Of a DNA stretch of 64,000 bases, positions 40,099 through 51,300 are shown in pieces. The notes beneath the pieces were generated by a model that had not been told where the DNA came from, made no database searches, and saw nothing but the letters and a program-made list of their open reading frames with translations. The first letter of the stretch is position 1; each line of letters opens with the position of its first letter. The position numbers and the translations under genes are program-made. This stretch comes from Phoronis australis (Eukaryota > Animalia > Phoronida): assembly GCA_002633005.1 (NCBI GenBank), contig NMRA01000113.1, positions 402,441-466,440 on the forward strand, written 5' to 3'.

Positions 40099-43000
40099 CT
40101 GTCAAACACAAACTGACTGTGAATGGTATGTAGACATATTGTAAACACAGGACTGACCATAAACAGTATGTAGACATATTGTAAACACTGGACTGCACTT
40201 GCAGTTTTAATGTATATAACCAACATTTTGGAGGAGACTACTAGAACATTCTTACGTCTCGTGTTCTACTCAACTATGAACTTCTGCAACTATGTGTTTT
40301 TATCAGGTAAGAATATCTTACACGATACCTTAAAATATGGCAATTTAACTGTCAAGCAGGATTGGGCCTTGTGCCCCCGTGTGCAACTTTTGTTAAAAAA
40401 GTTGAAAAACACACTTCTACAACCAACATTCTGCAAATGATGTACTTCGAAATCTACAGAGCACAGGGTAAAATTACTACTCGCCATTGAATTGTTAGTT
40501 CAAAACTCATTTTCAATATAAAAGTCATCCACATAAAATCTGGAGTACATTACATACCAGTGCCATCAGGTGGCGCTATCTTCAGTGGATACGGTGGTAC
40601 ATGGGCCGTGTCGGTGCCACCATCGCGACAGGGGCAGCTCTGGGGAATACGGTCTTGGTTACAGGCAAACTTGATGAACTTACACAGTTCTTCCTGGCTG
40701 AATGTCTCCAAAGCAGTCCAAAAGAACTGAATGTGACGATCGTTCTCAGTTAAACCAACCTGATACATTGTATGCATCTGCAAACAGCAGGTTAAAAAAG
40801 TAATCTCAACAACTGCAATCCGCAGTTTAGTATGTAAAAGCACTTGATGTACAGATCAGCTTACAGTACTTGGCAATTAATCGCCACCATAAGCAAACCC
40901 CAAACTCCGCTAAAAGGGTGCATCCCCCCAAAAAAGAAAAACATCAGAATTCAACCACCACACACCAACACATCATTGACATAACATTTTCAACAGAAAC
41001 ACTGCACAGGTCACCAGAATCACAACTTACTACTAACAGTCACTGGAACTCTTGTCATTTACAACGGGTAAATGTGCCACCGCATATTTTGGCTTTATAT
41101 GCCACCTCCCACACATTGGAACCACACGAGTTGCAACAAATGTTTATAATCTATGACTTTGTTTAATTCGGTCAATTCCTGCACCACTAACGTAAAAGGT
41201 TACTTCAGCCAAATAGTCTGAGTTTAAGATTTCTAACAAATCTCCCCATAAACAATTGAAATTCCTTCTACTAGTTCTATCCGTGCTTCATGAGATGGTG
41301 AACTTACCTTGAGGAAGTTAATGTCTACTTCTGGTCGCCCACATGTGCGCAACTCCATGTCCAGCGCAGAGTAGATACTGATCAGCTGAAGTGGAATGAT
41401 GGTTGCTAGACCGATACGGATAGCTTCGATCCTCTCGCGACACTGAAGCTCACTCATTCTCAGCTCTCGGATCACTTTCACATACTCATGCCGATTCTCC
41501 CAACTGAAACAGTTGAGATAGGGTAATATTATAATGCTGACTGCAGACATAATACAGCTCTACATTACCTACTACATTACATATTGAAGTAATGATTGAG
41601 TGAACATCCTAATAGGCTGGTATCAACAAGAGGAACAGCCTTTAAGATGACGCATAAATAGAACCAATGCTAACAATGCTATTCATTGATTTTTAAAACT
41701 TTATGCAATGCTTAACTCTAAATAGCACAATGAAATGTTTGGAAAAAATCAACAGAAAGCAACATTTTACAAAACAATAGATAAATGAGCTTTTCACCAG
41801 ACCAGTGCTCAGACAGCATGAGTGTCAGTACACAGCAGACCAGCTTGTGCATGTGTCAGTACACAGCAGACCAGCTAGTGCATGTGTCAGTACACAGCAG
41901 ACCAGCTAGAGCATGTGTAAGTACACAGCAGACCAGCTAGTGCATGTGTCAGTACACAGCAGACCAGCTAGTGCATGTGTCAGTACACAGCAGACCAGCT
42001 AGTGCATGTGTCAGTACACAGCAGACCAGCTAGTGCATGTGTCAGTACACAGCAGACCAGCTAGTGCATGTGTCAGTACACAGCAGACCAGCTAGTGCAT
42101 GTGTCAGTACACAGCAGACCAGCTAGTGCATGTGTCAGTACACAGCAGACCAGCTAGTGCATGTGTCAGTACACAGTAAAGCCGCTGCGCACATGTCAAT
42201 ACACATCAGACCAGATGGCACATGTGTCAGTACACAGCAGACCAGCTAGAGCACGTGTCAGTACACAGCAGACCAGCTAGTGCATGTGTCAGTACACAGT
42301 AAAGCCGCTGCGCACATGTCAATACACATCAGACCAGATGGCACATGTGTCAGTACACAGCAGACCAGCTAGAGCACGTGTCAGTACACAGCAGACCAGC
42401 TAGAGCATGTGTTAATACACATCAGACCAGCTGGCACACATGTCAGTACACGGCAAACCAGCCAGTGCACGTGTCAATACACAGCAGACCAACTAGCACA
42501 CGTGTCAGAGTACATACCAGACCAGTGTATTGTATCCACCTGGTATAAGTTCTACGTCCTCTCCAGTGATAGTTGTGTAGGTGAACCTAGGATAACTGTC
42601 AGCACATACAGCCTGCAGGTCACGCTCACTCTCCACCTGCAAACATGTAGCATACTGACAGTTAATATGTGCAGGGAGTAGCTTACACAATGACAAATGA
42701 GATGTGAACATGTCAAATGTATGCTAATACACCTAGTTCACCATTGCTCCCTTTGAACATTTACAGGTGACAAACAACAGAGATTAAATGTGAGAATAGT
42801 CCATCTAATCAACAATAAGAAATAAATTCTGAAACATGACTATCACAATTACAAAAATAATCTCAAATCAAAACTGCATCATGTTGGACAATGGCTAACA
42901 TATAGTTGTGCCAGATAAAAGGATAATGTACACGGATGTGAACAGACAGCTAACACACCATTTCAAACTTCTTGATGTAGTTGTAGGTGAGAACATCTGC

Positions 43001-46000
43001 CTCCTTGAGGTCAGTGATGGGGTCAAGGGTCATGAGGACAAGCGACTTCCAAAAGGTAGAGAGCAGGTTGAGGCCCAGTGGAATGTCAGCACGGATGGCA
43101 ATGCCAAGCAACTAGAGAAAATAAATGGCATGAACACCATGTGTAGTGGTACTCCATGGGTTCTTGGGTTGAGGGAGTGCATCTATGTTAAACATGATAA
43201 TACGTGTACTATGAGTATCTAGCCATTTAGACATGAACGACTGTAGCTCAAAGTCATTATAACTCTGTGGATGGCAGCAAGAACGTTAAGTTAACCACAA
43301 CTTCAGCAACTTGTCATAATAATATTGCTGCTGGAGTACCAGCACAAATAAACAATATACTCGGCTAAGAATGATCAATACTCGCAGAATGAGCTCAAGA
43401 CAGACAGTATAGGTTCGTTCAAGAGTTAACATCCAGTCTTCCTTTAAATTTCATCTACCAAGTTGCTCGCACCTGTCCAAAGAAGTGCATCAGTCTCTCC
43501 TCAGGGTAGGTCATCTTACCAGGCTTCAGTATATACTTCCCCTGGTTCCTGTGTACTGTAGAACTAGGACATGGTACCAGCACATCCAACTGACAACTCT
43601 GCAGCTCTCGTGCCACCTGCCACAGGAAGTGACGGAACGAGCCACCTGCAACGTATAACCAGTGACATCTTATAGTGTTACAAAGATGTTAAAAACAGTA
43701 CCTCGAAATATGAATACCAATAATACAAATACCAGAAAATAGCTTTACTGGGAATTAATGGTGCCTTTTTATATTTCCAGAAACCACAAAAATTCTTTTG
43801 CGAGGCACTGAAGTTAGGTTAGGAAAAATGTTACACTTGACTCTAATTGCAAAAAAACAAATAATGAATTTTTCAGACTACCCAGCTGACTCTTATAAAG
43901 TTCATGTGCTCCACAGTATGGCCACTTTTCAGTCAACTACTGCATTATACGTTCAAGCTGAACACAATTTCCACTGCATAAAGCATAGAAATGGTTCTTT
44001 TGATTATCTCCACCAAGGCACACCATTTTTTAAATCCTTGATATCTGCACTGGATCCGTACAACTGGTTGCGAACAGAGCCAAAACTGAAACATTTTTCT
44101 TCTTCGTAATACGAGTGAACTTTGGCAGTTTTCTAAGTTCTGTACGCTGCAAAACAAAGTTTGCGATCACTGAATTAAAAAAATTGTCATTAGTTCCCAT
44201 GCCACTCAAATTTAATATTCTGCTTACATCTTTGGGACACTACATAGACATTTATATATAATGTTGATTTGTTAAAAATAACTAACTTGTTCCATGGACC
44301 TCCTCTCCTGTCAGCCGTACATTGAATGAGTAGGTAGGGTCTCCACCACTGGCTATCTTTACACACAGCTGATTGGATGGTACAGCACTTAGCTGACGGA
44401 ACGCCTGGCAAAACACACTGTCTGCCACACTGGCACGGTCTCCTGAAATTGACAAAGAAACATAAGATTAGAGGCAACTAGATCAATACAACAAATAGAA
44501 CACTGACGCTAAATAAAGTGCAGCTGTGTTCACTGACAACTTGTAAACTAGAAAACAAAAATTCTGCAAATAGGTAATCTTTGCACTAATGACATACCTC
44601 ACATGCTCACATAGCCTGCATCGTGCATTGTTATTCTCCAGCACCATGTCACAATACTTACTGGACACGGGTCAACGATTTGTGGCAGATCATTTTTGCC
44701 ACAAAACTCGTTCTTAAAAACTTTTGGCAATTTTCGACCTACGTCATATTCACACCATTGCTACATGTTGTGCTTCTAACTAATGCACGCAGGAAATGGC
44801 AAATATACTTTTCTATTACTTTTATTTAATAAATGTAAAGGCAATATATATATATATATATATCATTTACTGCTCCCAGAAATCACATTAACACATTTAG
44901 ATAACAGATAAGCATTAATCATCTAGAAGAAACAATGCAAAAAAAGCATAATACCAAACACACATAGGTGTGTAATAAATACACAACTGGTAGGTCACCA
45001 GTTGCAGAAACATGGTTACACAATTCAGAATTAAAGATCTGGTATTTGTCACCAGAGGTTGAAAACTGGGCCATGTTCATGACACACATGGGACATTGAC
45101 CAAATCCTAATTTTTCTGCACAGTATATTGAGTACCTCCAATAGTCTCCAGTGGGTCCAGTATGATCTCTGGAGCAGCTTGGTCCTCTTGTCTCTCAGCA
45201 GTGGCATTGAGTACGCGATTCAGGAACACTGTCTTAGTGTCGTAGAAGATGATCTGACGCGCCTTAGACAGCAATGCACCCGTACTTCGTGTGAAAGTGA
45301 AGGCCGATCTCATATCAACGAGAGGCAGAAAGAATGTCTCCAGACTACTGTTGAGTGACTGAATCAAGGCAAAGCGAAGACGGATACTTTCAGTAGGAAT
45401 ATCTGGAACGCAACACAGAAATGACGGCCAAGATAAAACACAGTTTGGGCATCTGTACTTTATACTCGAAGACACTCGGAGAAATATGAACTTGTTATGA
45501 GTAAAGATAATTAAAATTCTGGAACAAAGTGTACCTCGTTACTAATAAATATTTACCACAAAAGCATTGTCACATGTTCAACAGAATTTGTACGCACCTT
45601 TTCGTAACAGCTTTTCATACAATTCCTTATCTGTTTCTCAGATGTCTTTGTAATTGATCACAATTTAGGTTTCTAAAGTCATCAAAGTATATTTTGTACA
45701 TTTTAAACCTTCACTTTTACAGAAGTTTTGTATTATAATTTTGCATATCACAGGGTGTAGGTTCACCTTGAAGACTCATGTAAACTTCACTGGTCAGTTC
45801 TGAAGTAGTGAGGTAGACCTCATGTGGGTGTAACCTGGAGGGTGAAATGGCCAGGTATTGACACAGACTGTTGACGTAGTGAACTAGAGCAGAGTCCTTG
45901 TCTGAAGTCCAGTGTTCACACATACGCTGAGCCTGCACTGTGTCCAAGCAACAGAATCTGTAAACAATGCAAGGATTATACTTTTTTATTAATAATAATA

Positions 46001-48318
46001 TTAATCTATCACAGTATTATTACTATTTCTGTACTAGCTCGAGTTACGGCTCACAGCGGTTAAATTGGGAAACTCAAAAATGAGACTGGCATTCGCATGG
46101 ACAAATGTACATTAAGGAAGTTTCCATCAGAAAAATTAGGGGTGGGAGGTAAGCTGAGCATGGGTGGTTAAAGTGAAAATTTGGAAACTGTGGTTGGCCA
46201 GTATGCCAAGCATGTGTGTTAACTTGGGCAAGTATGGTATTATGAACAGTTGTAGTTGGTGTTAACATTGTTGTATCTCTCTGAAACACATTACACATTA
46301 GTACTAAAACATCACCTTGCTGGACCCAAGTTTTGCAAATAAGACGATTAGAATTCAACTAACAGCAAATTTTTTGTAAGTTCTACAGCAAAACAATTTG
46401 TGATCTTTGACTCAGGTACAAAAAATCCCCAAAACTGCATTCTTCAGCATTCTTTAATAATCAAGGAAAATTTCATAGAAGTGTCCCCAACAAAGTCGGA
46501 AACATTATTTGGTAATCAAATGTTAAATGTTTTTGCAGAAAAATTCAAAACTTAATATCTTAACTAGTTTTGGTTTCAATCAATTCAAAACCAACTGAAA
46601 ATGGAAAAAACAAGGATTCAACAACTTTAAATACTATATTTATAGGTGAAGTAAGGCACAGAACAAAACAGATATTATATTTGAACAACAGCAGTCACAA
46701 AATTCCGAACAGCACCAGTGTCCTAATGAAACACACAGATGCCACTTCAATTACTTCCTGTTATTTTTCAGTCTGTGTGTGATACAGGTATCCCACATAT
46801 AACTTTTACACGAGAGTATAGTACTCAGCCATTGTCCGTAACAGTAATGACTAAAGAAAGTATTCACCTGTCAAAGTGAAAGTCATAGCCACAAGCCAGC
46901 AGCGCCCTCCACACCAGCCTGGGGTCTTGTCTACAACGGTCCAATACTGACTGCAGAAAGCCATCCAACGTGAGCACAAACTTGTCACTAGACTCCTGAA
47001 GGAGAAAACAGTCCAACAATGAAGCAGTGGTGGGGGTGTACGTACACCAGCTATAAAGCTTTAGTAGAAGTTACAGTTCTGTAGATTTATACTGATTTCC
47101 AAGCTTTTCATTTGAAGCAATACAAATTATTCAATGCGTAAACAACACGAGTCACAAGATTTTTTCTTGTGAAATTAGCACTGCACTGTTCAGTGCATCA
47201 GTACCTCATTCAGCTGAATCAAACGATGCTTTTTCGACAGGATATTTTTCAATTTTTCAATCATCTAAGAAGCAAAGTTTGGACTGCAGACAAAAGGAAA
47301 GAGTTTGCATTTAAATTAATCTAACTTTCCATTTTCAATGACTTTGATGATAATCACATAGCAGGACAGTCCTGGAAAAGTCACATCAGTCCAATGATTC
47401 ACGTCAACGCTGTCATAACTTTTTTGTTTTTCGTAGAACAAACTGCCCATCTTATCAATATCCCTCCATTTGCCTACCTTCACAACACTAGCAGCGCCAT
47501 CTGATTGTTCTTTGCTCAACTTCTCACTCACCACACATTCCTTTGACTTGCCCTTTTTACCCTGCTCCTTGACACTCTGTCTACAAAGTCCACAGTAAGT
47601 AACTCTTATTTTACTAGTCAAGATTGCCCAGTTTTCATGAGACAAACTACCATTTACTTCACTAGATTACCCAGTTTTCATGTGACAAACTACCATTTGC
47701 TAGCTGATGCTGAAGAATATTTTTCATAGATCAAGATATCAAAATGTGTTAAATATAAATACAAAAGTATGCAAATATTTTAATTCCAAAGCAAAGACAC
47801 CAGCTTTTCAATGATTTTGCACAATTTTGTAGTCTAAACTGGTGTCTATATACTTGAAAAATGAACGGTCACTGGGTTATTTGTCCTAGTATTAACATTT
47901 GACTAGAAAAAAAGAAATGCAGTGAAGCTTTATAAAAAAGTTTCTGTTAGAAGACTTACTTTCTAGGTGAAGCGTCCAGAGCCAGCTTCTCCTTTGAAGA
48001 TCTGGGAGATTTCTTTTTCTCCTTCTTTTCACTTTTATCAGTAGCTTCGGACCTAACGTAGAGGTTAAAATGACAAGTGAATACCAAAGACATACCTACA
48101 CAGCTGCCAATGGAGGAACAGCACTTTGTTTAACAATGGAAGGACATGAAAGCACCAATAGGAGGAAATATGGCAGCTCACAACAGGGAAATACAGAGAA
48201 AGAAAACTTCAAGAATTAGTCAAATCCAATTACAAAATACAAGAAGTCATTCAAACATTTCTCAGCCTCGCCCAAAAACATGGGCGAAATAAGTGTACTA
48301 CCTCTGCAATGGGAACAG

Positions 48319-48364
<46 letters not shown>

Positions 48365-51300
48365 GCGTGTGCGTGTAAGTGAAAAGGAAACAAAAAACAG
48401 AAGCTAGAGCTGAAATCAAGTTTCTGCATTTGAACTTTTCTAAAAGGGCATCGCCTGCACAAACTGACAGCAAAATGTTTCAGGGATCAGCGCTTGGAAG
48501 GAAACCCTGGATGGGAGGTTGTAAAAATCCTTGACCCTACAAGCGACGCATAGTTGGCCCCAGCTAAAAATTACATACCATAAACGAAATACCTGAACTG
48601 AAGAACCAGTAAACTCAGTAAATGTATGCCAGTGCATCTGAGATTGTTCGGAGAGCATTTTTTCTTTTTAGTCGTTGGAAAATTAGAAATGTCTGTTACG
48701 GTCAATGACGATCAATTTTCCTCTTGGGCAAAATATCTCGTGCAGGCACACCTCGTCAGGCAAAGGCTGTCGATCAGGATGCATTAACTCTGCATAACTC
48801 ATAAACAGGCCACTTTGGTTTTAGCCAAACTAGTCCGACTTCCTTCAGTTTATTTCATGTAGTATTTTTGAGCATGCTCCGATGTGTTTTATTTTTTCAA
48901 ATAAAATCTGAGGTTGCTATGGTGACCATGGGTTACCAAATCGAGTCCTGCATTTGTTTAGGTAGGCAGAAATATGATTATATACAGTATATAGCTTTGT
49001 CCAAAAACAAGAGTTATGCCCCTCGTTTGGGGGTGAACAGCAGAACACACATAAAAATAAGATAGACTTACTTGTCACCCACAAGTTGTATTCCAAATCG
49101 TTTGAGCACAGCAGTGACATGCTCAGACAAGCTCTTCTTAGCAGGCTTCACATTAGTCATGAAAGTACACAGTAAGTTGGCTGGCAGTTGAGTACAGATC
49201 TGTTGATGGTTCAAAGCAATACAGCCGGAGTCATCTTCACACAGGTTCAACAAATGCTCAAGAATATAGCAACTATGAAAGATATCAGTCAGGACTATCT
49301 TAGCCTGCTCAGTGAACTCTGCACCCTTGCACAGCAGCTTGTGCCTCAGGTAATGCTCCAAGGCAGCGTTACCAGGTAGATCAGTAAACAGGTTTTGATT
49401 AACAGTATTCACACAGATCGTCTTGTCCACAGATGATGCCTGTTTAGTTGATGGGTCGACAGAATTAAGGGCTTCAGACAAAACCTTGCAAGCAGATTCC
49501 GCTTTTGCACGACAACGTATTTCAACAACAACATAGCCAGACTGTACTTGGTCGTGCTGTTTGTCAACCTCCGGCATGCACGATGTATCATCAGAGCTAG
49601 ACGATGGCTGGCACTCTTCTTGTTTCACTTCACTTGTCTTCTTGAAGACATCTTCAGGTATAAATATGCCATCTTTGAAGAAGCCGCCAAAAGATTTACT
49701 AACTCTTGACAAGACTGCTTTAAGCTGATCAAGAGACATTGTGACAGGAATATTGGTGAGCACCAGTAGCCTGGTGTGAGAGGTGGGCAGCACAAGTGAC
49801 TGTGCAGCATCAGAGATAGCATCGTTAGTTACCACTTGACCATGTTGTTCACCAAACACGATGTGACGCAGGATCTGGGACATGGTGAAGGCACGGTTGA
49901 ACCAGAGGATGTCCTCGGGCTTCTCACCTCCACTCTTACCAGAGTCATCACTGCTGGTACTCGTGCTGGACCCACTGGGTCCTGCCTTCACAGGTACCGA
50001 GCCATCTGATGGCGATGGCACTTTCTTAGGGGCTCCTCTCTCCCTCTTTGCTTTAAGTTTCTTTCTCTTAGCTGACACTGGTGAGGAAGGAATTGGTCCT
50101 GCGTCTCCACCTACACTCCCTGTTGGAGAACTGAGTCCTGAAAGCAGACTTCCAGTCATGCCTGGTGAAGCGATCTCTGCAACAGCCAAACAGACCTCCA
50201 TCAGACAATGGAAGTAAGTGGAAAACCTGCCCTGGTCCCCAGCACCAAGGCCAATGCCGACCCCACTCACAGTGCCACTAGATGACCAGGTCTTTGTCTC
50301 CTCTTCATACAGTTTGCGCAGTTCTAATTGCAGCTGCTGCAGCAGTGACAACAACGGACTAAGATGGACACCAACGGATGACACCATCGAGTCAAGCTCG
50401 GTTTCTTTTCTGTTAAGCAGACGTAGTGACTGTGCCAACAACTGAAAGATGGCTTCTCTAACTACAGCGGGTACATCAGTGCGCCACAGGTAGCCGCATA
50501 GTAATTCTGTCACATGATGTAGCGCCGCTGATGAGATCAGATGACAGCTCTCTTCCACAGCTGCGCCAGTCTTCTCTAAATCACAGCTGGGTAGTGTAAA
50601 ATGGTATCTCTCAGAGACCAGAGTTTCTATGTAGGCAATTGCCAAAGGGAACTGAGCAGGTATACCATGCACAGTAACAATGACCCCTGGGGGAGGGGAC
50701 ACACCGATCTTGACATGAATGTAGTTGCCAGGGATGATGACGGGGCCCAAGGGATCATCAGGGGCTGTCTGTGAACTGCTAGTGCGTGGGAAACAGGCCA
50801 CCTCCTGCTTGGCTGGATGACCATTCTTCTTGACAGTCTGCCCCGTGTAAGTGTACACCCGAGCCCAAGGAGCTCTGTAGGGTGTGGTGCTGTAACGTAA
50901 TTATCAGCTGTGAGCAATCTTAAAATGGGACAAGTAACAGAAAAGGTCGTGTATTTCAGTCGCAACATGTTTCAGCAGGAACATTCACCATTCTTAAATT
51001 GTTGCTCAAAAATGGTGGACAAACAAATATGTTGCGGTTCAAAATAGGAAATATTGTCTCAAACAAACTACAGAGTTAAGTCAGTGCTGCTTGTTCCTAT
51101 TTTACATGATAATACTAGGGAGCCAATGGCAATCCTTTATACAATTGTCACTATATTGTGTTTCTATTTTACACGATTACACTAAGGAGCCAGAAGCAAT
51201 CCTTGGTAGAATGGCTGCTGGACTTGCCTCTCCAAACTAGATTATTCTACTTTGAAGCTAGTGACTTTGACTTGGCCTATATTCCTGCTGTATTATGCTT

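Noticed and set aside
41803-42525. 31-bp repeats as a CRISPR array
   Set aside because: The units are head-to-tail with no spacers, there are no cas genes, and the array lies in a spliceosomal intron.
42345-42681. Repetitive ORFs (CQYTADQL...)
   Set aside because: They are translations of the minisatellite on the non-coding strand.
49068-50858. Standalone 596-aa gene
   Set aside because: It is an internal HECTD4 exon bounded by splice sites at 50889 and 49072.
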